A DNA stretch of 37,251 nucleotides from Alphaproteobacteria bacterium (GCA_026400595.1 JAPLOT010000287.1:1-37251), one strand, 5' to 3'. Shown: positions 1 through 9,929, counted from the first letter of the stretch. A program made the numbers and translations. Notes: generated from the sequence alone by a model not told the origin.

Positions 1-586
1 CGCTGACGAGTATCAGGAAGACGGCATTCCAGATCAGGGCCACCGACATTTCGGTATCCTGGCCCCAGCGCAGGAGCACGGCATAGCAGGAGAAGCAGAA
101 TGCCGAATAGAGCGCCAGCGCCGTCCCGGTGATCGCCCCGCCACCGCCATTTCCATAGAAGATGACACCCATGCCGGCGAGTGCGACGGTCATGGCGATC
201 CAGGTAATGGGCGGAATGCGCTCGCGCAGGATCCAGTAGCCGATCAAGGCTGAGAGAAAGGGCGTGATCCCAACCATGAAGATCGCATCCGCCACCGTTG
301 TGTAGAACAGCGAGGCGACGAAGGTGAGGCCCGCCGTTCCCACGGCGATTCCGGCGATGACGGCATTGCTGCCCGCGTTGGACACATGCTTCAGCAAGGA
401 GCCGCGGAACCTGATGCTCAGCCAAAGCCCCATCAAGACAAGCACAGTGACGGAGCGATAGAAGATGATCTGCCAGACATCGACATCATCGGTCAGCCGG
501 ACCAATGCTCCACCCAGGCTCCAGCATATGGCGCCTGCAGCCGTAAAGACCACCCCGGCGGCATAGCTGGGTGCCTTGGAACTCAT
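1..586 (-). CDS. DMT/EamA-family transporter (3' end runs off window)
   Basis: Not in ORF track. Manual translation from ATG at 586: MSSKAPSYAAGVVFTAAGAICWSLGGALVRLTDDVDVWQIIFYRS...TTVADAIFMVGITPFLSALIGYWILRERIPPITW; multi-TM with EamA-type 'LxE' motif; ATGA overlap with the stop of the upstream MFS gene. Confidence 0.85.
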   Translation of the reverse strand, partial: MSSKAPSYAAGVVFTAAGAICWSLGGALVRLTDDVDVWQIIFYRSVTVLVLMGLWLSIRFRGSLLKHVSNAGSNAVIAGIAVGTAGLTFVASLFYTTVADAIFMVGITPFLSALIGYWILRERIPPITWIAMTVALAGMGVIFYGNGGGGAITGTALALYSAFCFSCYAVLLRWGQDTEMSVALIWNAVFLILVS

Positions 587-1722
587 CTGCGGCTTTGGCG
601 GAGGCTCATGGCGGTGGCAATGATGAAGATGAGAAAGACGACAGACATCGTATAGGGTAGTCCATCAGGACCAAATCCGGCAATGGACCAGCCGGCCATC
701 AGCGATCCCAGCAGGGCGCCTCCACCCCAGGTGGTCGAAAAGGACGCGGTTCCGGTGACGAGTTCATGGCCGGAGAAGCGGTCACCCAGCTCGGACAGCG
801 ACACGGTGTAGATGCCTGCCGAAGCGGCGCCCGCCACCGTCAGGACCGGCCACAGAAGCGGTGTGCCGAAGACCGTGGGGATCAGTGCCGAGGCCACGGC
901 CGTGGCGATGCCGCAGCCCAGCATGACCACGCGCTTCGGAATGTGATCGGCCAACCAGCCGATCGGGAACTGCAGGACCGTATTGCCGATCACGAAGGCA
1001 GTAAGTGCCAGTGCGGCCATCTCGTTGTCGAAGCCCTTCTTCACCGCATAGACGGGGAGGAAGCCCAGGTTCGCTGCGTCGATGATGGCGAACATGCCGA
1101 CGGCGAAGAGCAGGATCGGCGCTTTCCGGATGAAACCGAAGACCGAGAGCGGGGCCTCGTCCTCGCTGTCGACCTCCTCGTCCTTGACGAAGAAGATCGG
1201 AATGGTGGCGACCAGCAGGATCACGGCGCCGATCAGGAAGGGGGCCGCCGTATCGATGCCGGTGAAGCTGATCAGCAGTGGACCGCCGCCGAAGCTCAGG
1301 GCCAGGACGGAGGCATAGAGCGCAAGGATGCGCGACCGCCATGGGCCTTCCGAAAACCTGACGATCCAGGCCTCGCTGATGGCAAAGAGGGTCGAGACGA
1401 AGAATCCGTGCAGGATGCGCAGGCCGAACCACCACCAGAAGATCGGCAGGAAGGGATAGGATACGATGACCAGAGCCGTCATCACCGCAGCACCCAGCAC
1501 CACCACCTTGGCTCCGAAGCGACGCACCATGGGCGGTATGGCAAAGACCGACAGTACGATGCCCAGCGGTTGCAGCGCGGCCGAATAGCCGATGACCTGG
1601 GATGGAATGCCTTCGCGTTCCATGATCAGCGACAGCAGGGGAAACATCAGTCCCAACGTAAAGCCGAAGACCGTGATGGCAGAAATGGCCGCCAGCAGGT
1701 TGATGATGCGCTGCCTATCCAT
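583..1722 (-). CDS. MFS transporter (YcaD-like)
   Basis: 379 aa, about 12 hydrophobic segments, MFS motif-A-like RRFGAK and GWLADHIPKR. Confidence 0.9.
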   Translation of the reverse strand: MDRQRIINLLAAISAITVFGFTLGLMFPLLSLIMEREGIPSQVIGYSAALQPLGIVLSVFAIPPMVRRFGAKVVVLGAAVMTALVIVSYPFLPIFWWWFGLRILHGFFVSTLFAISEAWIVRFSEGPWRSRILALYASVLALSFGGGPLLISFTGIDTAAPFLIGAVILLVATIPIFFVKDEEVDSEDEAPLSVFGFIRKAPILLFAVGMFAIIDAANLGFLPVYAVKKGFDNEMAALALTAFVIGNTVLQFPIGWLADHIPKRVVMLGCGIATAVASALIPTVFGTPLLWPVLTVAGAASAGIYTVSLSELGDRFSGHELVTGTASFSTTWGGGALLGSLMAGWSIAGFGPDGLPYTMSVVFLIFIIATAMSLRQSRR

Positions 1723-2884
1723 GGACGGGTTGCCGTACCAGATGGCCGCGGTTGCGGATGAGGCCGATAAGCAGGATCACGTAGAAGCTCGCGAGCGTGA
1801 CCGGCATGGCATTGATGCCGAATGTGTCGATCGCGATTCCGGCGATCGGAGGCCCGATCAGGCCGCCGACGCCCCACATGGCCGCAAAGGCCGCCGATCC
1901 TGCCACCACGTCCGGTCCCTTGAATGTGTCGCCCATGGTTGTGAGTGCCACGACATAGACACCGAAAGCCGAGGCGGAGAGCAAAACCACCGTGATCCAT
2001 ATGAATGGCGTATTGATGAGCCAGATCAGGCTCAGAGACAGGACGATGGTGCTGCAGGCGGTGAGGATCACCACGCCGCGCCGCGACCAGTGATCGGCCA
2101 GCCAGCCCATGGGATAGAACAACACCACGTTCCCGATGATTCCGAAGCCGAGGATGCGGCTCGCCACATCGAGGTCGACGCCATTGCGCAGTCCGAAGAT
2201 GGTGAAAAACGAGATGAAGACATTGTCGAAGAGCGTTGCCGCGCAGACGGCGAAGAGCAGCAGCGGCGCGCGCCGCACGAAGCGGAAGAAACTACCGTGT
2301 TTCTCCTGCTTGAACGCGTCGTCGCTGACCTTGACGAAGGCGAGCGGCAGCAAGGCGACGAGGATGCAGACGATGGCGATCAGCCACGGCGTCCAGCCGT
2401 CAATCCCGGTCCAGGGAATGATCAGCGGCCCGACCGAGAATGTGACGGCCAGCACGCTGGTGTAGAGTCCCATGATGCGGCCGCGGTTGCCGTCGCTGGA
2501 GAAGGTCAGCACCCAGGCCTCGCTGACCGTGAACAGCGTGCCGGCCGCGATGCCGAAGATCAGGCGCAGCGGGAACCACCACCAGATCGAAGGCGCGAGC
2601 TTCATGGCAAGCAGCGCGACGATCAGGATGATGGCAACGAAATAGACGATGCGGCGCGACCCGATGTTGCCGATAAGGCGGGGCAGAAGCGGCCCTGCGA
2701 GCAGGATGCCGATCGGCCCCATGGCCGTGTTTGCGCCGATGATCCAGGCCGGATGACCGCCAGCTTCCATGAGCAGTGGCAGCAGTTGCAGCGTGAGCCC
2801 CATGGCAATGTCGCAGGCTGCCACCGTCGCGATCGCAGCGACGAGGTTGCCATAGCGCGGCTGTGTGGCCCCGGGGGAAGACAT
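1715..2884 (-). CDS. MFS transporter (paralog of 583..1722)
   Basis: Start moved to ATG 2884 (MSSPGATQ); about 12 TM; GWLADHWSRR; shares WWWF.LR and TLF..SEAW blocks with its neighbour. Confidence 0.88.
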   Translation of the reverse strand: MSSPGATQPRYGNLVAAIATVAACDIAMGLTLQLLPLLMEAGGHPAWIIGANTAMGPIGILLAGPLLPRLIGNIGSRRIVYFVAIILIVALLAMKLAPSIWWWFPLRLIFGIAAGTLFTVSEAWVLTFSSDGNRGRIMGLYTSVLAVTFSVGPLIIPWTGIDGWTPWLIAIVCILVALLPLAFVKVSDDAFKQEKHGSFFRFVRRAPLLLFAVCAATLFDNVFISFFTIFGLRNGVDLDVASRILGFGIIGNVVLFYPMGWLADHWSRRGVVILTACSTIVLSLSLIWLINTPFIWITVVLLSASAFGVYVVALTTMGDTFKGPDVVAGSAAFAAMWGVGGLIGPPIAGIAIDTFGINAMPVTLASFYVILLIGLIRNRGHLVRQPVHG

Positions 2885-2959
2885 TGGATCGGCTCTCTTG
2901 AATCGGCGTTCAACAGGCTGTAGCTGTCCGCCTGGCAGGGGGCAAGGGCAGGGGCGGTG

Positions 2960-2988
2960 TTGCGCTTGCCCCTCAGCGCAGCTATGCA
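2960..2988 (+). promoter_or_regulatory. Putative sigma70 promoter of the MBL hydrolase gene
   Basis: TTGCGC-N17-TATGCA ending 8 nt before ATG 2997; no Shine-Dalgarno. Confidence 0.35.
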
Positions 2989-2996
2989 GCGCCGCC

Positions 2997-3638
2997 ATGA
3001 CACAACTTCAAGCCTTCATCATTCCTGTGACGGGTTTCCAACAGAACTGCTCGCTTGTCTTCGACAAGGACCAGAAGCGCGGCGCGATCGTCGATCCCGG
3101 AGGCGATATCCCGTTGATCCTGGAGGCCATCGAGCAGTCTGGCGTGACAATCGAAAAAATCCTGCTCACGCATGGTCATATCGATCATGCCGGCGGTGCC
3201 GCCGAACTCCGCGATACCTTGAAGGTGCCGATCATTGGGCCGCATGAAGACGACCTGTTTCTTTTGGAGGAGCTTGCTGGAACGGGTGCGCAGTATGGGA
3301 TTGTGGGTGCGCGCAATGTTAAGCCGGATCGTTGGCTGAAGGACGGCGAGAAGGTCAGCGTGGCAGGACTGGACTTCGATATCCTGCATGCGCCGGGCCA
3401 TTCTCCGGGGTCGGTGGTGTTTTTCAATGACGCCAACCGCTTCGCTCTGATGGGCGACGTGCTCTTCCAGGGCTCGGTTGGCCGCACCGACCTGCCGCGC
3501 GGCAACCACGAGACCCTGTTGCGGTCGATCCGCGAGAAGATCCTGCCATTGGGCGACGATGTCGTCTTCCTGCCCGGCCACGGTCCGGCCAGTACCATCG
3601 GCCAGGAGCGCGAGACCAACCCCTTCCTCAACGAATAG
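2997..3638 (+). CDS. MBL-fold metallo-hydrolase (glyoxalase II/YcbL-like)
   Basis: THGHIDH, PGHSPG, GDVLF, GRTDLP and PGHG motifs; start MTQLQAF at 2997. Confidence 0.92.
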   Translation: MTQLQAFIIPVTGFQQNCSLVFDKDQKRGAIVDPGGDIPLILEAIEQSGVTIEKILLTHGHIDHAGGAAELRDTLKVPIIGPHEDDLFLLEELAGTGAQYGIVGARNVKPDRWLKDGEKVSVAGLDFDILHAPGHSPGSVVFFNDANRFALMGDVLFQGSVGRTDLPRGNHETLLRSIREKILPLGDDVVFLPGHGPASTIGQERETNPFLNE

Positions 3639-3665
3639 GGCGGGTCCGGGCCTGCCCGGAGCCCG

Positions 3666-3683
3666 TGATATAATCGCCGAATC
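3666..3683 (+). promoter_or_regulatory. Extended -10 promoter of parC with GANTC site
   Basis: TG-A-TATAAT at 3666-3674; GAATC at 3679-3683 directly before ATG 3684. Confidence 0.55.
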
Positions 3684-5927
3684 ATGAGCAAGCACGTTCC
3701 GCCGCCCGAGAATCCGAAAGACATCGAACCCATTGGCCTGAAGGAAGCGCTGGAAGAGCGCTACCTGGCTTATGCGCTCTCCACCATCATGCACCGCGCT
3801 CTGCCAGATGTGCGCGACGGGCTGAAGCCGGTGCACCGCCGCTTGCTTCATGTGATGCGGCAGCTGCGGCTCGATCCCAATACGGCGTTCAAGAAGTCGG
3901 CCAAGATCGTTGGCGACGTCATGGGCGGCTATCATCCGCATGGCGACCAGTCGATTTACGATGCGCTGGTCCGGCTCGCGCAGGATTTCGCCTCGCGCTA
4001 TCCGCTGGTCGACGGGCAGGGCAACTTCGGCAATATCGACGGCGACAGCGCCGCGGCCTATCGCTACACCGAAGCCCGCATGACCGAGGTGGCGCGCCTG
4101 CTGCTCGACGGTCTGGACGAGGACACGGTCGATTTCCGGCCCAACTACGACGGCTCGCTGCAGGAGCCGGTGGTTCTGCCAGGCGCCTTTCCCAATCTCC
4201 TCGCCAACGGGTCGACCGGCATCGCGGTGGGCATGGCGACCTCCATTCCGCCGCACAACGCTGCGGAGCTCTGCGACGCTGCCCTGCATCTGATCAAGGC
4301 GCCGAATGCCACGGTCGAGAAGCTGGCCCAGCTGGTGCCCGGCCCCGACTTCCCGACCGGCGGCATCGTCATCGATGACCGCGCCTCGATCGTCGAAGCC
4401 TATCGCAGCGGGCGCGGGTCCTTCCGGGTGCGCGCGAAGTGGTCACAGGAAGACCTTGGCCGCGGCGCCTGGCAGATCGTCGTCACGGAGATTCCCTATC
4501 TCGTGCAGAAGGGCCGGCTGATCGAGAAGATTGCCGAGCTGATGACCGACAAGAAGTTGCCGCTTCTGGCCGACGTGCGCGACGAGAGCGCCGAGGACAT
4601 CCGACTTGTGCTGGAGCCCAAGAGCCGCACGGTCGATCCCATGCTGCTGATGGAGCAGCTCTTCAAGAACACCGAACTCGAAGCCCGCATCCCGCTTAAC
4701 ATGAATGTGTTGTCAGGCGGCAAGGTGCCGAAGGTCATGTCGCTGCGCGACGTGCTGCGCGAATGGCTCGACCACCGCAAGGAGGTGCTGGTCCGCCGCA
4801 CCAACTTCCGCCTCGGCGAGATCGCAAGGCGGCTGGAGATTCTCGAGGGCTATCTCGTCGCCTATCTCAATCTCGACGAGGTGATCCGCATTATCCGCGA
4901 GGAGGACGAACCCAAGCCTGCGCTGATGAAGCGGTTCAAACTGACCGAGACGCAAACCGAGGCCATTCTCAACATGCGTCTGCGCGCCCTGCGCAAGCTC
5001 GAGGAAATGGAGATCCGGAGCGAGCACACGAAGCTCACCAAGGAACAGAAGGCACTGAAGGCGCTGCTCAAGTCGGAAGACGAACAGTGGTCCACGATTG
5101 CCGGCGAGATCAAGGACGTGAAGGAGAAGTTCTCGAAGAAGACCGAGCTTGGCCGGCGCCGTACCGATTTCGCAGAGGCGCCGGAGATCGACGTCGATCT
5201 CGAACAGGCGCTGATCGAGAAGGAACCGATCACCGTGGTGTGTTCGGAGAAGGGCTGGATCCGCACCATGAAGGGGCACATGGAGGACTACTCCACGCTG
5301 TCCTACAAGGACGGCGATCAGGGCAAGTTCGCATTCCACGCCATGTCCACCGACAAGATCGTGCTGTTCTCGTCATCGGGCAAGTTCTTCACGCTGGACG
5401 CGGGCAAGTTGCCCGGAGGCCGCGGCCATGGCGAACCGGTAAGGCTGATCTGCGATCTCGATGCGGCCGATTCCATCGTCGCACTCTATGTCTACCAGCC
5501 CGGCACCAAGCGATTGCTGGTGTCGACGGAAGGCGATGGCTTCATCGTGGCCGAGGAAGAATGCCTGGCGACGACCCGAAAGGGAAAGCAGGTATTGAAC
5601 GTGAAGGCGCCCGTGGAGGCGCAGGTCTGCGTGGCCGTGCCGGAGGGCGCCGACCACGTGGCGGCCATCGGCGACAACCGGAAGATGATCATCTTCAAGA
5701 TCGGCGAGTTACCGGAGATGACGCGCGGCAAGGGGGTGCGGCTGCAGAAGTTCAAGGACGGCGGCCTTTCCGATGCGCGTGCCTTCAAGCTGAAGGACGG
5801 CCTGTCCTGGGTCGACAGCTCAGGTCGGACCTGGAACGTGACCGATCTGAAGGAATGGATCGGCGAACGCGCGCAGTCTGGCCGCCTGCCGCCCAAGGGC
5901 TTTCCGAAGACCAACAGATTCGGCTGA
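3684..5927 (+). CDS. parC: DNA topoisomerase IV subunit A
   Basis: [29 protein letters not shown] active-site Tyr; 747 aa with short CTD and no GyrA box. Confidence 0.96.
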   Translation: MSKHVPPPENPKDIEPIGLKEALEERYLAYALSTIMHRALPDVRDGLKPVHRRLLHVMRQLRLDPNTAFKKSAKIVGDVMGGYHPHGDQSIYDALVRLAQDFASRYPLVDGQGNFGNIDGDSAAAYRYTEARMTEVARLLLDGLDEDTVDFRPNYDGSLQEPVVLPGAFPNLLANGSTGIAVGMATSIPPHNAAELCDAALHLIKAPNATVEKLAQLVPGPDFPTGGIVIDDRASIVEAYRSGRGSFRVRAKWSQEDLGRGAWQIVVTEIPYLVQKGRLIEKIAELMTDKKLPLLADVRDESAEDIRLVLEPKSRTVDPMLLMEQLFKNTELEARIPLNMNVLSGGKVPKVMSLRDVLREWLDHRKEVLVRRTNFRLGEIARRLEILEGYLVAYLNLDEVIRIIREEDEPKPALMKRFKLTETQTEAILNMRLRALRKLEEMEIRSEHTKLTKEQKALKALLKSEDEQWSTIAGEIKDVKEKFSKKTELGRRRTDFAEAPEIDVDLEQALIEKEPITVVCSEKGWIRTMKGHMEDYSTLSYKDGDQGKFAFHAMSTDKIVLFSSSGKFFTLDAGKLPGGRGHGEPVRLICDLDAADSIVALYVYQPGTKRLLVSTEGDGFIVAEEECLATTRKGKQVLNVKAPVEAQVCVAVPEGADHVAAIGDNRKMIIFKIGELPEMTRGKGVRLQKFKDGGLSDARAFKLKDGLSWVDSSGRTWNVTDLKEWIGERAQSGRLPPKGFPKTNRFG

Positions 5928-6065
5928 GCGCTGCCAGCCTGGTCCTTGCGGGCGATCAACTTTCCGAGAGCGCTGAATCCGTGTCTTGTTGTGGGGCTAT
6001 TGTCTCCTGCAAGTGGAATTGTAATGTTACCCATGAACGACTGTCAGAGAGGAGAAGGTTTTGTC

Positions 6066-6362
6066 ATGAATGGTTATACCAGAGGTCTGGCGGCTGTGAT
6101 GGCAGGTGCACTTGCCGTGGCGGTTGCAACGCCCACACCAGTGCTGGCCAACAAAAAGGAAGCTGCCGCGGTGGGTGCGCTGATTGGCCTTGCGGTCGGC
6201 GCCGCCGCTGCGTCGAACTACAAGAATCACGACTATCGCCGGTCGCGCTGGGACGACCCATTCAGTCCGCATCACGACATCCTCTGCTATCCGCGCATCG
6301 GCGAATGCTACAAGTATGGGCAGTATTCGGCGAAGTGGACAGCAAAGATCTATGGGTATTGA
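6066..6362 (+). CDS. Small exported hypothetical protein with glycine-zipper-like segment
   Basis: SD GAGGAGAAGG at 6049-6058; signal-peptide-like N-terminus, GALIGLAVGAAAA, C-terminal CYPRIGEC. Confidence 0.7.
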   Translation: MNGYTRGLAAVMAGALAVAVATPTPVLANKKEAAAVGALIGLAVGAAAASNYKNHDYRRSRWDDPFSPHHDILCYPRIGECYKYGQYSAKWTAKIYGY

Positions 6363-6372
6363 GGAGAAGGCA

Positions 6373-6849
6373 ATGATGAAGCGCTTTGGAGTTGCAATTG
6401 CCTCGGCTGTCACGGCTGCTGCCCTGTTTTCGTTGCCAGGACTCGCCCAGGATGCCGAAAAGGCCAAGATGACCACCGAAATGGACCTGCATGTTACGGA
6501 CCTCGCCGATGGCATGCTCAGCCCCTATCTGGACAAGGACGAGCAGACACTGATGAAGTCACTGGCCTACCAGCATGCCGTTGCGCTGAACTGCAAGGGC
6601 CTGTCGGTCGACCAGGCGAAATCCCAGGCGCAGCTCGAGCGCGTGTTCCCGCAGGCCGAGATGGACAAGATGACGGAGGAGCAGCAGCTCGCCATGACCA
6701 CGTCGGTCATGATGGGGTTCAGCGCGGTCATGGGCGGTCAGTTCGCGATCGCCGCAGTGGATTACGATGCGTACTGCAAGGCGGCCGAGGCGGACTTCGC
6801 CTCCAAGGACGGCAGCGACACACACCTGATCCTCGTCAAGGCGCCGTGA
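6373..6849 (+). CDS. Exported hypothetical protein
   Basis: SD GAGGAGAAGG at 6361-6370; MMKRFGVAI...GLA/QD signal peptide; two Cys; GC-rich third codon positions. Confidence 0.8.
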   Translation: MMKRFGVAIASAVTAAALFSLPGLAQDAEKAKMTTEMDLHVTDLADGMLSPYLDKDEQTLMKSLAYQHAVALNCKGLSVDQAKSQAQLERVFPQAEMDKMTEEQQLAMTTSVMMGFSAVMGGQFAIAAVDYDAYCKAAEADFASKDGSDTHLILVKAP

Positions 6850-6882
6850 GGCGTCAGGCTTGAACGTACTGCTGGATCCGGC

Positions 6883-7449
6883 GTGATGAGGCTTCTCCGC
6901 CGTCATCTCCTGTTCGCGCCGTATCTGTTCCTTGCGTGGGCCGCTCACGCCGACGACGGGGCGTGGGCGGAACTGCGTGGCAACGAGATCGTGCTCTTCC
7001 GTCATGCCAATGCGCCCGGCACTGGCGATCCGCCTGGGTTCGTTGTCGGAGACTGCTCCACCCAGCGCAATCTCGATGAACGGGGCAGGGTGCAGGCGCG
7101 CGCCATCGGCGAGGTGTTTCGCAATCGCGGCATTCGCGTGGGCCGGGTACTGTCGTCGCAATGGTGCCGGGCGCGTGACACAGCGGACCTGGCCTTTCCG
7201 GGCCAGGTCAGCCTTGAACCGGCCTTCAATTCCTTCTTCGGCAACCGTGAGAGCGAGGACCGCCAGACGGCAGAGGCGCGGCGTGTGCTCCACGACTGGG
7301 CTGGGCCCGGCGTTCTGGTGGTCGTCACGCACCAGGTCAACATCTCGGCGCTTACCGGCATCGCACCCAAGTCGGGCGAAGGGATCGTACTGCGGCTGTC
7401 GGGCGGGCAGCTCACGGTTGTCGGTCGACTGCCTGCACCGGGTGCTTAG
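6883..7449 (+). CDS. Histidine phosphatase (PGM/SixA-like) family, exported
   Basis: FRHA catalytic motif, SSQWCRARDTA, VVVTHQVNI; signal peptide ending AHA. Confidence 0.88.
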   Translation: MMRLLRRHLLFAPYLFLAWAAHADDGAWAELRGNEIVLFRHANAPGTGDPPGFVVGDCSTQRNLDERGRVQARAIGEVFRNRGIRVGRVLSSQWCRARDTADLAFPGQVSLEPAFNSFFGNRESEDRQTAEARRVLHDWAGPGVLVVVTHQVNISALTGIAPKSGEGIVLRLSGGQLTVVGRLPAPGA

Positions 7450-7452
7450 GGG

Positions 7453-7507
7453 TTGACAGTTACTGACTGCCGGGTTAGTTCTTCGTTATGACTGACCAGT
7501 CAGTAAC
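7453..7507 (+). promoter_or_regulatory. tetR promoter and autoregulatory operator
   Basis: TTGACA(7453)-N17-TAGTTC(7476); perfect 11-bp inverted repeat GTTACTGACTG (7459-7469)/CAGTCAGTAAC (7497-7507); palindrome ACTGAC-CA-GTCAGT (7491-7504). Confidence 0.65.
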
Positions 7508-8037
7508 AAAAGGTCGACAGCGCCGCCCCGACGCGCGTCCCGCCGAGATTCTCGGCGCCGCTCTGGAACTCTTTGCCGAGAAGGGCTTCTCGGGCACCCG
7601 GCTTGAGGATGTGGCGGCGCGGGCTGGCCTCAGCAAGGCGGCCATCTATCTCTACTTCGACGGCAAAATGGACCTGCTGCGGGCTCTGGTGCAGGAGATG
7701 GCCGGCGCCAACCTGGCCGTCGCGGGCAGCATCGCGCAGGGAGTTGATGAAGGTGGTGATCTCGGAAAGCCGGGCCCATCCCGAGATCGGAAAGCTCTAT
7801 CTGGACAACGTGATCCGGCACGGACTGCCGCTCTTTGAGGGGCTGATCGCCCGCGGAGTGGCGGCCGGCGAATTTCGCAGCCTGGACCCGTCACTTGCCG
7901 CCAAGTCGCTGATCTCTCCGATGTTGCTGGCAGCGATCTGGAAAACCGTCTTCGAGCCCCTGGGGGCCGAGACACTGGATATCGAAGGGCTTGCCAGGCA
8001 GCATGTGGACATCCTGCTGAAAGGAATGGCGCCATGA
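7488..8037 (+). pseudogene. TetR/AcrR-family regulator, frameshifted near 7740
   Basis: HTH half (ILGAALELFAEKGFSGTRLEDVAARAGLSKAAIYLYF) is in one frame; C-terminal half (ELMKVVISESRAHPEI...GVAAGEFR...LLKGMAP) continues from 7741 in another frame and ends overlapping the hlyD start (ATGA). Confidence 0.8.
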
Positions 8038-9002
8038 AACGCTTCATTCCCGTGGTGGTCGTGGCCCTGGCCGTTACGATGTTTTGGTACCGCGATCTCT
8101 GGCTGCCCCAGCCAGCAGGCCGGTCCGGTTATCTTGGTTACATAGAAGGCGAGACGATCCTCATGGCAGCGCCGATTGCGGGGCGCGTCGTGTCGCGCCC
8201 TGTCGAACGCGGCGCATTGGTCACAGCGGGCACTCGCGTCTTCTCGCTGGATCGCGCTGTTGCGGAGGCTGACGTGTCGCGCGCCGAAGCCGCGCTGGAG
8301 GCCGCTGCGGCCAGCTACGACAATCTGCTCACCGGCAAACGCGCGCCCGAACTGGCGGAGATCGAAGCCCAGCGGCGTGAAGCCGAAGCGAACCTGGCGC
8401 TGGCCCGTAAGGAGCTTACGCGAGCGCGCACGCTGGCCAACTCGGGCACAGCCGCACAGTCGCGCCTGGACACGGCCGAAACGGACGTCGCGCGCTACGA
8501 GATGCGGGTGGCCCAGGCCGATGCCGCGGCTGACACTGCCGCGCTTCCAGCCAGGGACAAGGAAATCGAAGCGGCCCGTGCACATGTGGCGGAAGCACAA
8601 TCGGCCGTCGCCGCCGCGCGCCACAAGCTGAGTGACCTCGAGCCGCGTGCGCCGCGATCGGCGCGGGTTGAGGACACGTTCTTCGAGGTTGGAGAATGGG
8701 TGAATGCGGGCCAGCCTGTCGTGTCGCTCTTGCCGCCGGAAGCCGTGAAGCTCCGCTTCTTCGTTCCCGAGCCCGTAGTAGCCCGGGCGCAGCCAGGTAC
8801 GACGGTGACCTTCACCTGCGACGGATGCGGCGAAGCGCGGCAGGCGGTGATCACCAGCGTCGCCTCTGTTCCCGAGTACACGCCGCCAGTCATCTATTCG
8901 CAGGAGGCCCGGTCCAAGCTGGTTTTCCGGGTCGAGGCGAGGCCAGTATCGCCCGCGGGCCTGCTGCCCGGGCTGCCGGTCGCCGTGGCGCCGCTGTCAT
9001 GA
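8034..9002 (+). CDS. HlyD-family membrane fusion protein (YbhG-like)
   Basis: N-terminal TM, GYIEG, coiled coil, EVGEWVNAGQPVV lipoyl-like segment, EYTPPVIYS. Confidence 0.9.
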   Translation: MKRFIPVVVVALAVTMFWYRDLWLPQPAGRSGYLGYIEGETILMAAPIAGRVVSRPVERGALVTAGTRVFSLDRAVAEADVSRAEAALEAAAASYDNLLTGKRAPELAEIEAQRREAEANLALARKELTRARTLANSGTAAQSRLDTAETDVARYEMRVAQADAAADTAALPARDKEIEAARAHVAEAQSAVAAARHKLSDLEPRAPRSARVEDTFFEVGEWVNAGQPVVSLLPPEAVKLRFFVPEPVVARAQPGTTVTFTCDGCGEARQAVITSVASVPEYTPPVIYSQEARSKLVFRVEARPVSPAGLLPGLPVAVAPLS

Positions 9003-9928
9003 CCGCTGCGACGGCCATCGACGTGAAGGATCTGGTGAAGACCTATGGCAGCCGGACCGTTGTCGATCATGTCGACCTCCGCATTGCGCCAGGTCGGATC
9101 TGTGGCTTTCTCGGTCCCAACGGTTCCGGCAAGACGACGACGCTGCGCATGATCTGTGGCCTGCTGACACCTGATGGCGGCAGCGGCACCTGCCTGGGGC
9201 ACGACATCATTCTGGAGCGCAATGCCATCAAACGCCAGACGGGCTACATGACCCAGCGCTTCGGTCTCTATGAAGATCTCACCATTCGCGAGAACCTCGA
9301 GTTCGTCGCGCGGCTCTATCGGCTCGATCATCTCCGCGGCCGGGTCGGCCGGTCGCTTGAACGGCTGGGCCTTGCCACACGCCAGCATCAGCTTACCGGA
9401 TCGCTTTCCGGTGGCTGGAAGCAGCGGCTGGCCCTTGCGGCCTGCGTTTTGCACGAGCCGAAGCTCCTGCTGCTCGATGAACCCACGGCGGGTGTCGATC
9501 CCAAGGCGCGGCGGACCTTCTGGGACGAGATCCACGCCCTGGCCGGGCAGGGGATTACCGTGCTGGTGTCCACTCACTACATGGATGAAGCCGAACGCTG
9601 CCATGAGATTGCCTACATCGCCTATGGCCGCCTGATGGCGCGCGGGACCTCGTCCGAGATCATAACCCAGTCCGGTCTCAAGGCAGTGGTGGCGACAGGC
9701 CCTGGCGCGGACAGGCTTGCACCCCTGCTGCGCGATGCGCCGGGGATCACCGCCGCTGCGGCCTTCGGAACGACCCTTCACGTCTGCAGCACGGATGAGG
9801 CCGCCCTCGACCGCGCCATATCACCCTACCGCAGTAACGGCATTTCGTGGAAACGCGAGGCGCCGACGCTGGAAGATGTCTTCATTCACCTGATGGGGCA
9901 GGCGCAGGACAACGCGCTGGCGCTCTGA
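8999..9928 (+). CDS. ABC transporter ATP-binding protein
   Basis: Walker A GPNGSGKT, LSGGWKQR signature, LLLLDEPT Walker B; ATG 8999 overlaps hlyD stop. Confidence 0.93.
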   Translation: MTAATAIDVKDLVKTYGSRTVVDHVDLRIAPGRICGFLGPNGSGKTTTLRMICGLLTPDGGSGTCLGHDIILERNAIKRQTGYMTQRFGLYEDLTIRENLEFVARLYRLDHLRGRVGRSLERLGLATRQHQLTGSLSGGWKQRLALAACVLHEPKLLLLDEPTAGVDPKARRTFWDEIHALAGQGITVLVSTHYMDEAERCHEIAYIAYGRLMARGTSSEIITQSGLKAVVATGPGADRLAPLLRDAPGITAAAAFGTTLHVCSTDEAALDRAISPYRSNGISWKREAPTLEDVFIHLMGQAQDNALAL

Positions 9929-9929
9929 C

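Noticed and set aside
7488-7838. Treating 7488..7838 and 7573..8037 as two separate genes
   Set aside because: They are the N- and C-terminal halves of one TetR protein in different frames
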